64,000 nt of DNA, taken from contig NW_026948182.1 of assembly GCF_963921235.1 (NCBI RefSeq), positions 372,001 through 436,000 on the forward strand, given 5' to 3'. The first letter of the stretch is position 1, and the number at the start of each line of letters is the position of its first letter. Under the pieces are notes generated by a model, which was given only the letters and a program-made list of their open reading frames with translations, was not told the DNA's origin and did not search any database. Positions 1 through 11,029 of this stretch are shown one piece after another. This DNA is from Mobula hypostoma (lineage: Eukaryota). A program made the translations under genes and the position numbers.

Positions 1-129
1 GGATACAGAAATGGAGAAAAGTGTTTATATTCACAATCCTTCGAAGAAAGTGATTGTTTGAAGTTACTTGCTGCAAACTTGCTAGCTGTACCCCATGCGT
101 TCTAAACCAAATTATTATGACAAGTAGCA

Positions 130-330
130 ATGTTCAAATTTCAAAGCAAGTTTTGTAATCGGAGTACATATATGTCACCATATTCAACCCTGAAATTCTT
201 TATCCTGCGGGCATACTCAGCAAATCTATAGAATAGTAACTATAACGGGATCAATGAAAGATCAGGTAGAACATAGAAGACAACAAACTGTGCAAATACA
301 AATATAATTAAATAGCAAGGAATAACAAGA
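130..330 (-). mobile_element. 3' tail of a non-autonomous retroelement (SINE-like)
   Basis: AT-rich block (gtacatatatgtcaccatattcaaccctg...) that I recall as an elasmobranch retroposon 3' end; no ORF; family not verified. Confidence 0.4.
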
Positions 331-334
331 GCAA

Positions 335-530
335 TGGATGTAACCCAGGGGAACACCACTAGCCACAGGGCTCAGTCCAATAAACAGCCTCCCACCATCA
401 CTCTCTACTTCCTACTATCAAGCCAACCGTGTGTCCAGTCAGCCAGCTCTCCCTGGATCCCATGTGATCTGACTTTCCACAGCAACATACAGTGCTGAAC
501 CTTATCAAAGACCTCATTGATGCCTATATA
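335..530 (-). mobile_element. CR1 LINE RT fragment
   Basis: Reverse complement aligns by eye with the RT segment of the 35.7 kb CR1 (AFDKV...HGIQG...NWL...SGVPQG). Confidence 0.7.
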
Positions 531-544
531 GGCCCCGATCCTGG

Positions 545-835
545 AACAGAGGTGTCACTGATTAGAGGACACAGATTTAAACAGAGGACGAAGAGGATTA
601 AAGAGATCTGAGGAAGAGATTTTTCACTCAGAGGGTATCTGAAATCTGGAACACACTGCCCGAGGTGATGGAGGCAGGTCCCTTCACAACATTTATGAAG
701 ACATCGAACATTGAAACTGCCGAGGTACAGTCCGCTATGAACCAGGTGCTGATAAATGGGATCAGTGTAGACAGTGAGTGGATGGTCAAAACAGGTATGG
801 CCGGCCAAAGGCCTGTTTCCGTGCTGTGTGACCCA
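545..835 (+). mobile_element. CR1 LINE 3' end fragment
   Basis: agaggacacagatttaa...ttttcactcagagggt...ggcctgtttccgtgctgt matches CR1 ORF2 end and 3' UTR elsewhere in the window. Confidence 0.75.
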
Positions 836-1437
836 CCACTCCGGACGTGCTAAATTAACAATAGTGGCACCACAAGGCACCACAACTGCACACCCCTCTC
901 CAACCTGAAATAATCCAGACTGCACCTTTTGTCGCCATTGCGAATATCTGTTTCTGTCAAGGTAACATACAAATTGGTCACTTCTACTAAACAACTGTTA
1001 ATTCATGAAGTTCCTGTGTCTTCTTCCATTAATGTTGCTTCCTGACAGCAAAACTAACCCTCTCGCTGTGTCAGAATCAGTGATCAAATCCGGCACAAAC
1101 ACTGTGTTTCCATCCCTGCGCATTGTAACTTGAACCATCTCACTGAGGGTCTGATGGAGACACAACCCCTGCCCTCTGCACATCTGATCACATCTCCCCT
1201 GCTTCTAACATTTCAAATGCCCTCAGAATGGTTTTCTGATTCAGTCTGAAGGTTATGGTACATTCTGCTCGTCATCAGACCTGACAAACCATGCCTTCCA
1301 ACAGCTGGTTCCACCTGTTGGTGTGTCCTCTTTCCTCCGCCTCCAAGGAAGCTGCATCTCCACACAAACTCCTCACTTAAGGCGACTCCCTAATCATATC
1401 ACTGTCAATCTCCTGATACCATGTCTGACTTGCTCAC

Positions 1438-2330
1438 CTCCAGGCATCCTCCGTCAACGATCGTCTTATTCAGTCACCAACTGTGAGGTTTGCTGGTTAA
1501 AACTCTCTCTCCCTTTGCTAACCCCTGATTTGCCTCCAGATCCAAACCCGTGTCCTTCTGTGATGCAGAGGTCACTGACCCCTCTCCACCCCTTCTCAAT
1601 CTGCACTCGCAGCCCTTGATGGTGACAGATGTCTCCGGACTCTGGGGCTCTGTAACAAATTCCAACAACAAGTTCAGACATTGACTAATGTGAAGAGAGA
1701 ATTGTTGCTTCATGAAAGAACACGCGAGTTGAGCTGTCTGAACCAAGGACCAGATCCTCCCTAGTTCACAACGTAATTTGTCCCTGGATCCATTCCCCCA
1801 GGGCCACGGAACGTCCGATCTCCCCACTAAACCCATCATCACCCCACCTCACCACCTACCGTCCCGCACCGTTCCCAGCACTCTCCCCCAACACACACGT
1901 CTACCCGTAACTTTTTACTCCCACACACAGACAGATCCGCTTCACTCCAAACCGGTTTGGAGAACCACAACTTAATGATCTCACAGCCCGGGCTCGGCCG
2001 CAAAGCTAAAACCGGGGCTGTGAGACCGGAGATCCCGGAGCCTCCAGCCGAGCTCGGTCCCCACCCTTTCCCAATGCAACCGGCTCCGGAATTCCACAAA
2101 TTCGAGATCAACCCCTTCCTCACCGCCGGCCGAACAGTACAGCAGCTGGCAACACTCAATGCCGACAGCGCGCCTGCCCGTCTCCGAAGGTCCAGCAGGG
2201 CCACCACTGGCCGGATGTCCCACATGGCCACCACTAGCCGGAGGCCGGAGAGACAACACAGAGAGCTCGGACGTCTGGCTCTTTCACTGGGACACCCCAA
2301 ACTCCCTATCAACACCATCTAGCCGACTCT
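1438..2330 (-). other. CpG-rich candidate first exon plus small exons of an unidentified, probably non-coding transcript
   Basis: CpG-rich 1980-2330; gtggccATG at 2225; donor GCG|GTGAGG at 2124/2123; AG-flanked blocks 1649-1611 (GC donor) and 1480-1438 (GAG|GTGAGC). Confidence 0.3.
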
Positions 2331-2654
2331 GGGCGAATTTTAAAGATCAACAAATATAATTCCTCTCAGCGATCAGCTGTCTGAATGGTTCATTGACTTT
2401 TAGAGGAAGGGGTATGTATGGTCCACATTGTCAGGGCGTTTAGTTTACCAGGAGACAGAGACTGCAGGGAAGAGGGTTTTTTTTTTCTTTTTTTTACTAA
2501 TACACTGTGTAGACCCCATTGGCAATTCTGGTTCGCATTAGTTAAAAAGAACAGTTGTTTATGAAAATACCAAACAACATGATACTGCATTGAGTGAAGC
2601 CATCCCAAGCCAGGTCAGTCTGGAATGTCCTCCTCGAAACAATTCACAAACAAG

Positions 2655-2815
2655 AGAAAGTCTGCAGTTGCTGGAAATCCAAGGGATACACTCAAAATGC
2701 TGGTGTAACTCAGCAGGCCGGGCAGCATCTACGTAAGATAGTACAGTGGGTGTTTCGGGCGGAGACCCTTCGGCAGGATGTCGCCCGGACTGCTGAGTTC
2801 CTCCAGTATGTTGCC
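2655..2815 (-). mobile_element. Penelope-derived short repeat with degenerate hammerhead motif
   Basis: Matches the terminal repeat of the 51 kb Penelope remnant; minus strand reads CTGCCGA-a-GGG tctccg CCC-GAAA at 2744-2778. Confidence 0.65.
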
Positions 2816-2972
2816 CAGAAACATTTGTGGCTTTGTGACCCAACTCGAGACAAACACCACGCTGTCCACTCCACCACCAACACGGGACAGCCTGACACAG
2901 AGCAGGGAATTTAGATCACACAACACTGGATTCAGTCATGAAACTTAATTTAAATTTCTTGTTTCAAAACAT

Positions 2973-3495
2973 CTTCTTCTTGTTGTTTTACGGCGGTTGG
3001 CACCCAGCTAAGTGGTGCATTACCGTCACCTTCTGGTTGGACTTACATTCCAAGTTCCTTCACNNNNNNNNNNNNNNNNNNNNNNNNNNNNNNNNNNNNN
3101 NNNNNNNNNNNNNNNNNNNNNNNNNNNNNNNNNNNNNNNNNNNNNNNNNNNNNNNNNNNNNNNNNNNNNNNNNNNNNNNNNNNNNNNNNNNNNNNNNNNN
3201 NNNNNNNNNNNNNNNNNNNNNNNNNNNNNNNNNNNNNNNNNNNNNNNNNNNNNNNNNNNNNNNNNNNNNNNNNNNNNNNNNNNNNNNNNNNNNNNNNNNN
3301 NNNNNNNNNNNNNNNNNNNNNNNNNNNNNNNNNNNNNNNNNNNNNNNNNNNNNNNNNNNNNNNNNNNNNNNNNNNNNNNNNNNNNNNNNNNNNNNNNNNN
3401 NNNNNNNNNNNNNNNNNNNNNNNNNNNNNNNNNNNNNNNNNNNNNNNNNNNNNNNNNNNNNNNNNNNNNNNNNNNNNNNNNCACATCTTTGGCCA
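2973..3495 (-). mobile_element. LINE (I/Nimb-like 3' end) spanning the assembly gap
   Basis: Minus strand ends ggtgacggtaatgcacc...tgccaaccgccgtaaaacaacaagaagaag with a GAA-type tail; 14-bp near-identical direct repeat ttgtttcaaa(a/t)cat at 2959-2972 and 3496-3509 is a candidate TSD; clade assignment from memory. Confidence 0.5.
3064..3481. other. Assembly gap (418 N)
   Basis: Run of N. Confidence 1.
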
Positions 3496-3529
3496 TTGTT
3501 TCAAATCATACGAAATGAAAAGTGTTTTC

Positions 3530-4130
3530 AATTGGAAGCGCTCCCCTCCCGTGACGTCACAATGCCGTCTGCACGCGCCTGACGTCACACATGGGCTCCC
3601 CGCATTACATCTGCTGCCACGTGCACGGTGCCTTATGTCCACACGCGCTGCTGTTCTCGAGCTTTTTCGGTTTAACGGTTCAGCTGCTCAGCGCGTGCCA
3701 TCCCCCCCCCCCCCCCCCACTGTCAACAGAGGGATTGAATTGAACTGAACTGATTGCCCAGCTTCGCTATTCCCATCGGAGCGAAGCGATGACAATCAAT
3801 GTTTACACCCAATAGCGGAGGCGGACCAGCGGAGAGGACAGTAGCCCCACTGACCGGTCGCCCGCTGCCGCCGATGCCGGCTCCCCGGAGCGGAAGGGAT
3901 TCCGGAAGAAGAAGGAAGGCGGTGGGGGTGGGTGGGGGGGAGTTATTGAAAGGATGAAGATGGTGAGAGAGGGGGCGGACAGGATGTTTGTCCCGGTGGG
4001 GACAGGAGGGGCTCATCTGTGGAAATGTCTGAGCCCACGGTGGTGGCGAGCAGAGGGACTCACCACATTGGGGGGCAAACACCGGCAGACTGTTGCCCTG
4101 CAAGCGGGGCCGATGGTCCGGGCAAAGTGA
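3530..4130. promoter_or_regulatory. CpG-island promoter-like region with two CRE sites and an E-box
   Basis: TGACGTCA at 3552-3559 and 3580-3587, CACGTG at 3618-3623, poly-C at 3702-3718, high CpG density. Confidence 0.55.
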
Positions 4131-4409
4131 CAATTGCATCTACAATTATTTGTGCTTTATTGAGATTGTATCTGGAATATAGTGTAAAATCCTGCTCCCC
4201 ATGGCATATGCCGGTACTATTAAACCTGATTCTGGTATTGGCATGGGATAACCACCACCGGTCACCTGATCCCGATTACCGCAGATCGTAATGCGAGATG
4301 GAAGCTTTTTCGATTTATTTGTGTTCCTCATTTAAGTTTCCCTCTGAATTTCCAAAGCAGAAACTCAGTCCGTCTAATATTTCCGCACAATTAAAATGGG
4401 GAATACAGA

Positions 4410-4830
4410 TAATATATTACAACAGTACATTGACAACAGGTCTTCTGTACAATACATTGTACAACAGTAAAACAGAACAATAACTGTAACAAAGCATTAC
4501 GGCTGCAGAGAAAGTGCAGTGCAGATAGACATATGGTGCAGGGTCACGTCGAGTTACATTGTGAGGTCGAGTCCATTTTATCGTTCATTCGGCTTATAGC
4601 CACAGAAAGGAAACCGTCTTTAAGTCTGCTGGTACGCACTTTAAGGCATTGGTTTGTAGCCAGAATATCCAGGTTGTGGGGATTTTTGAGTATATGGTTT
4701 GCTTTTCAGATGCAGGGAGAAGTGTAGGAAGTTCTATGGAGGACAGGCTTGTTACTATGATGATCCCAGATGAGATTAAATTTCTTTCAGTTCCTTGCAG
4801 TCATGAGCAGGGCAGTAGCCACATGAAGGC
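4410..4830 (-). mobile_element. Rex1/Babar-type LINE 3' end, degraded
   Basis: Homologous to 53795-54215, whose minus frame reads CLSKAANIMKHPHNPEHSHFS...TTRLRD, a Rex1-like ORF C-terminus. Confidence 0.55.
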
Positions 4831-4837
4831 GTGAGGT

Positions 4838-5637
4838 ATTGACAAGAAGCTCAGAGACTACGGCCTTCACCCTGCCCTGTGTAGCTGGATCCTGGACTTC
4901 CTATCATATCGCCAGCAGGTGATAAGAGTGGGCTCGCTCACTTCTGTCTCTCTGACCCTCAGCACACATGCCCCACAGGGTTGTCTCCTTGGCCCCCTCC
5001 TTTACTCTCTGTATTCCCATGATGGTGTCGTCACCCACAGCTCCAAACAGCTGATCAAATTTGCTGACGACAAAACACTGATTGGCCTAATCGCAAATAC
5101 CAATGAGGCATCCTACACAGAAGAATTCATCACCCTGTCAAGAAAACAATCCCTCCCTCAATGTCGCAAAAACAAAGGAGCTGGTTGTGGACGAAAGGAC
5201 GAACGGACACAGGGTATCCCCTATTGACGTCAATGGATCTGGGGTTGAGAGGGTGAACAGCTTGAAGTTCCTCAGCATAAACATCACCGAGGATCTCACA
5301 TGGTCTGTACATACCGGCTGTGTTGTGAAAAAAGGTACAACAGAGCCTTTTCCCCTCAGACCATTAGGGAACTGTGTCACCCCAACCATAAACTGTTCCA
5401 GCTGCTACCATCTGGGAAATGGTACAGCAGCATAAAAGCCAGGACCAACAGGCTTTGGGACAGCTTCTTCCACCAGACCATCAGACTGATTAAATCATGC
5501 TGACAATATTGTCATATTGTTGGACATACTATTTATTATAAATTACTATCAATTTTTCATGACATATTTAGACGGAAAAGTAAAGATTTTTACTCCTCAT
5601 GTATGTGAAGGATGTAAGTAACAAAGTCAACTCAATT
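4838..5637 (+). mobile_element. Rex1/Babar-type LINE, 5'-truncated RT region
   Basis: APQGCLLGPLLYSLYSHD...IKFADD, KTKELVVD, HPNHKLFQLLPSGK...RLWDSFF; tail gtatgtgaaggatgtaag...caattc. Confidence 0.85.
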
Positions 5638-5925
5638 CCCTGCCCATCTGGGAATATCACTGTCCACCCTATATCCCACCACCTCAATGATATCGATCAA
5701 CCATCTTGTTCACCCTCTGTCCAACCTGTATCTCACCACGTTCATGATATATTTCAGCCATCTTGTTCCTCCTCTGTTCAGTCTGTATCTCACCACCTCA
5801 GTGATGTATATCAACCATCTTGTTTAACCTTTGTCCAGCCCGTATCCTACCACCTCAATGATATATATCAACTATCTTGTTCAACCTCGGTCCAACCTGT
5901 ATCCCATCAATGATTATATATCGAC
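5638..5925. repeat. 57-bp tandem repeat, about 5 units
   Basis: Unit approx. caccacctcaatgatatatatcaaccatcttgttcaacctctgtccagcctgtatcc; 19-aa periodicity visible in ORF 5599..5913. Confidence 0.9.
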
Positions 5926-6244
5926 AATCTCTCTTCTGCCGTTGTTTTCATTGTGACGTATTTTGCCTCACAGAGTTATTCATGAAATCGGTGTTTGTTA
6001 CCTGTAACCATCAGAGTATTTATTGAATACAGCACATGCTGGGTAAAGACAGCCATTCCGTTTTTATCTTCAGCGTTACCAAATGTCCGCTGTGTTAATC
6101 TTTGTCGGAAGGAGGCTTGGAAGCAGAAATAGCAGACTGATAGTGGGGTGGGGAGGATGTTATGTGCATTGACTGCATTATCCCTGTATTGGATTAAAGA
6201 GAAAACTAATAAATACTGGCATTTACATTTGTGCAACTTTGTTC

Positions 6245-6630
6245 AGGCCGCCAATTCTCGATCCACAAAGCAAGCTCTCCTTGGATCTCATGCCTTCTTA
6301 CTTTCTCATTAAGCCTTGCATGTGGTACCTTATCAAATGCCTTGCTAAAATCCCTGTACACTACATCTACTGCTCTACTTTCCTCAATATGTTTTGTCAC
6401 ATCCTCAAAATCTTCAATCAGGCTGGTACGGCACGACCTGCTTTTGTCAAACCCATGCCAACTATTCCTAATCATATTATGCTTCTCCAAATGTTCATAA
6501 ATCTTGCCCCTCAGGATCTTCACCATAAATTTACCAACCATTTACCATGTAGGGTTCATTGGTGTATAATTTCCTGAGCTATCTCTACTCGCTTTGTTGA
6601 ATAAGGGAACAACCTCCGCAACCCTCCAAT
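6245..6630 (-). mobile_element. CR1 RT fragment (unit 0, partial)
   Basis: ORF 6206..6541: HGFDKSRSCRTSLI...DFSKAFDKVPH. Confidence 0.9.
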
Positions 6631-6879
6631 CAGTTAATATCTGTGCATTAAAAACAATAAAAAAAAAACATAGCTGTTACAAGAAACTGAAAATTAAAAG
6701 AAGAGAATGTTGGAAACATTCAGCAGATCTGCAGCATCAATGATTGTCCCAGTTCTGAAACTGGGTCTTCCACCATTTCTCCTTTCACGGATGTACCCTG
6801 ATGTACTGAATTCCCAGCATTCTGCATTTTATAATGTTACATTGTCTTTCTACTACACTGAGGTTACCTTGCATGTTCT

Positions 6880-7174
6880 GCCAGCTTGCATGTTAAAATC
6901 CCCAACGATTATCATAAAATTGCCCTTCCGACAGTCCTTTACTATCTCTTGCTGTAATTTGTAATCCACATCCCGGCTGCTGTTTCGAGGCCTGTATAAA
7001 ACTGCCTTTAGGGTCGCTTTACCCTTGCCATTTCTTAACTCAACCCATAAAGACTCTACACCCCCCGATCCTATGAAATACCTTTCACATGATTTAATGT
7101 TATTATTTATATACAGGGCCACACTAACACCTCCACCGACTAACCTATCTTTCCGATACACCGTATATCCTTGG
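6880..7174 (-). mobile_element. CR1 APE-endonuclease fragment; copies at ~14010-14304, 18530-18822, 24345-24636, 29460-29752, 32180-32472
   Basis: YRKDR..GGGV.ALY...VESLWVEL...YRP...VGDFN in ORF 6853..7161 and its paralogs. Confidence 0.9.
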
Positions 7175-9685
7175 AGGGATTGCCTACTGAATCACTGTGG
7201 GTGAAAGTTAGGAACAGGAAGGGATCAATAACTGTACTATGTTTTTTTTTATAGACCACTTAATAGTAACAGGGACATCGAGGAGCGGATAGGGAGACAG
7301 ATTCTAGAAAGGTGTGATAATAACAGGGTCGTCGTGTTGGGAGATTTTAATTTCTCAACTGTTGATTGGCGACTCCCTAGAAAAAGGGGATTAGATGGGC
7401 TGCAGTGTATTAGGTGTGTTCAGGAAGGTTTCTGGACATAGTATGTAGCTGAGCCTACAAGAGGAGAGACTGTACTTGATCTTTTATTTAGAAATGAAGC
7501 CTAGTCAGGTGTCATATCTCACAGTGGGAAAATACTTCAGAGATAGTGATCACAATTCTATCTCCTTTACCATATAATTGGAGAGGAATAGGAAGAGACA
7601 AGTCAAGAAAGCATTTAATTGGAGTAAGGGGAAATATGCGTCTATCAGGCGGAAATTTGGAAGCATAAATTGGGAACAGATGTTCCCAGGGAAATGTAGG
7701 GAAGAAATGTGACAAATATTGAGCGGATATCTGCATGGAGTTCTGCGCAGGAACGTTCCAATGAGACAGGGAAGGAATGGTGTACAGTGTCTGATGAAAA
7801 TCTAGTCAAGAAGAAAAGAATAGCTTACGAAAGGTTCAAAAACTTGATAATGATACAGGTCCAGAAGATTATAATGCTGGCAGGAAAGAGCTGAAGAATG
7901 AAATTAGGAGAGCGAGAAGGAGCCATGAGAAGACCTTGGCGGGCAGGATTAAGGCATTCTACAAGTATGTGAACAGCAAAAGCATAAGACGTGAGAGAGC
8001 AGGAACAATCAAGTCTGACAGTGGAAAAATGTGTCTGGAACCGGAGGAGATAGCAGAGGTACTTAATGAATACTTTCCTTCAGTATTCACTACAGAAAAG
8101 GATCTCTGCGATTGCAGGGATGACTTACAATTGACTGAAATACTTCAGCATATATCTATTAAGAAAAAGGATGTACTGGAGCTTTTGGAAAGCATCAAGT
8201 TGGATAAGACACCGAGACCGGACGAGATGTACTAAGGCTACTGTGGGATGCGAGGAAAGAGATTGCTGAGCCTCTGGGGATGGTCTTTACATTATCAGTG
8301 GGACGAGAGAGGTTCCCGAGGATGGGAGGGTTGCGGATGTCGTTCCCTTATTCAAGAATGGGAGCAGAGATAGCCCAGGAAAATTATAGACCACTGATCA
8401 TTAGTTCAGTCGTTGGTAAGTTGTTGGAAAATATCCTGAGCGGCAGGACTTATGGACATTTGGAGAGGTATAATATGATTAGAAATTGTCAACATGGCTT
8501 TGTCAAAGGCTGGTCGTGCCTTACGAGCCCAATTGAATTGTTTGACGATGTGACTAAACACATTGATGAAGGTAGAGCAGTAGATGTACCCCATGCAATG
8601 CTTCTTGAGAAAGTCAGGAGACAATCGATCCAATGGGATATTGTTTTGTAGATCCAAAAATTAGCTTGCCTATAGAAGGTAAAGAGTGCTTGTAGACGGG
8701 GCATATTCTGCATGGAGGTCGGTGACTACTGATGTGTCTCAGGGATCTGTTCTGGGACCCCTTCTCTTCGTTAATTTTATAAATGACCTGGATTAGGAAG
8801 TGGAAGGATGTGTTAGTAAATTTGCCCACGACACAAATGTTGGGGTTGTTGTGGATAGTGTGGAGGGTTGTCAGACGTTACAGCGAGACATGAATGGGAT
8901 GCAAACCTGGGCTGAGAGGTGGCAGATGGAGTTCAACCCAGATAAGTGTGAGGTGGTTCATTTCGGTAGGTCAAATATGATGGCAGAATATAGAATTAAT
9001 GGTAAGACTCTTGGCAGTGTGGAGGATCGGAGGAATCTTGGCGTTCGAGTCCATAGAACATTTAAAGCTGTTACACAGCTGCTCAAAGCTTGACTCTGTG
9101 GTTAAGCAGGCATACGGTGCATTGGCCTTCAACAACCGTGGGACTGATATTCGGAGCCGAGAAGTAACTTTGCAGTTACGTAGGACCCTGGTTTGACCCC
9201 GCTTGGAGTACTGTGCTCGATTCAGGTCCTCACTGCGGAAATGGTGTGGAAACCATAGAGAGAGTGCAGAAGAGACTTACAAGGATGCAGCCTGGATTGA
9301 GGAGCATGCCGTCAGGGAATTTGTTAGGTGAGACCGGCCTTTTATCCTTGGAGCGTCGGAGGATGAGATGTGACCTGATAGAGGTGTATAGGATGATGAG
9401 AGGCATTGATCGTGTGGGTAGTCAGACGCTTTTCTCCAGGGCTGAAATGGCTTACATGAGGGGGCACATTTTTACGGTAATCGGAAGTAGGTACAGCGGA
9501 GATGTCAGGGGTAATATTGTTACGCAGAGTGGTGAGTGCATGGAATGTGCTGCCGGCAACGGTGCTGGAGGCGGATACGATGGGGTCTTTGAAGAGGCTC
9601 TTGGATAGGGACATGGAGACCAGAAGAATGGAGGGTTAGGGGTAACCCTAGTTAATTTCTTCAAGAAGTAGAGCTTCGGCACATA
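7169..9685 (+). mobile_element. CR1 ORF2 remnant, EN to 3' UTR (unit 0)
   Basis: ESLWVKVRNRKG, GDFN, QHGFVKG, SQGSVLGP, KFAHD, RGIDRV; many stops and frameshifts. Confidence 0.92.
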
Positions 9686-10209
9686 ATTCTTTGCTTGGGA
9701 TATCACAGAGTCCCGGGATATCACAGTTTCAGATCCAAGTGCAATGGACCCGGGAATCAAGCTGCCCAGGTTTATGAGGTGTTGAGCCAGTATTTCCTTA
9801 TTATCTAAGTTCAGAAGTTTGTTTCTGGACTTCCTTTGGAAGTAAAGACTGCCAAACTGAGGAGAGAATTAGTTACCACCCCACCCCTCACGGTTACCAT
9901 CACAGAGTGAGGCTGTGAGTAAGTGGGCTATTCCGTGTGTGAAACAGTAGAAATAGACACGTGAGCTTGGTGTTCAAACTGTGATTAGAAATCCCAGCTC
10001 AGTATCATCTGCCTCTCAGTCAGTGGAAATCAGGCAAAAACTCAAGATGCTGGAAATTTGCAATAAAAACGTGAAATTAGTTGAAGCCATTCTGACGTAT
10101 GGATGTGAACACAAATCGCTAACTATGTTAGTGGGTTAGTAACCCAGGGTTACCCATAGCCCTCTATTTTTATAAACTCCATGTACGTATCCAACATCCT
10201 CTTAAAAGA

Positions 10210-11022
10210 CCTTACAGCGGGACATCGATAGGATGCAAATCTGGGCTGAGAGGAGGCAGATGGAGTTTAACTCAGGTAGGTGTGAGGTGGCTCATTTTGG
10301 TAGGACAAATATGATGGCAGAATATAGAATTAATGGTAAGACTCGACAGTGTGGAGGATCAGAGGGATCTCGGTGTCCGAGACGATAGGACACTTAAAGA
10401 TGCTACACAGCTGCTCAAAGCTTGACTCTGTGGTTAAGCAGGCATACAGTGCATTGACTGCAACAACTGTGGGATTGATTTTCGGAGGCAGAAGTAATGT
10501 TGCAGCTATGTAGGACCCTAGTCAAACCCTGCTTGGAGTACTGTGCTCAGTTCTGCTCACTTCACTGCAGGAAGGATGTGGAAACCATAGAAAGGGTGCA
10601 GAAGAGACTTAGAAGGATGTAGCCTGGATTGAGGAGCATGCCCTCAGGGAATTTGTTAAGTGAGCCCGGCCTTTTATCCTTGGAGCACCGGAGCATGAGA
10701 GGTGACCTGATAGACTTGTACAGGGTGATGAGAGGCATTGATCGTGTGGGTAGTCAGACGCTTTACTCCAGGGCTGAAATGGCTAAGATGACGGGGCACA
10801 TTATTACGGTGCTCGGAAGTAGGTACAGCCGAAATGTCAGGGGTAATATTTTTACTCAGAGAGCGGTGAGTGCACGAAATGTGCTGCCGGAAACGGTGGT
10901 GGAGGCGGATACGATGGGGTCTTTGAAGAGGCTCTTGGATAGGTACATGCAGCCGAGAAAAATGGAGGGCTCGGGGTAACACGAGGTAATTTCTTCAAGA
11001 AGTAGAGGTTCGGCACAGAATT
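10210..11022 (+). mobile_element. CR1 3' fragment (second copy inside unit 0)
   Basis: Repeats 8880-9685; ORF 10629..10979. Confidence 0.9.
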
Positions 11023-11029
11023 GTTTGGT

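Noticed and set aside
2938-3642. ORFs of 156-214 aa spanning the gap
   Set aside because: Length comes from the N run; not real coding evidence
3670-3680. MYB-type YAACGG sites as evidence for an A-MYB piRNA promoter
   Set aside because: Such hexamers are expected by chance many times in 64 kb, especially in CpG-rich DNA
5599-5913. Plus-strand His/Ser/Pro repeat protein (also ORF 54488..54934)
   Set aside because: The first ORF starts inside a Rex1 tail, and the two paralogous ORFs are called in different frames; openness follows from the 57-bp period
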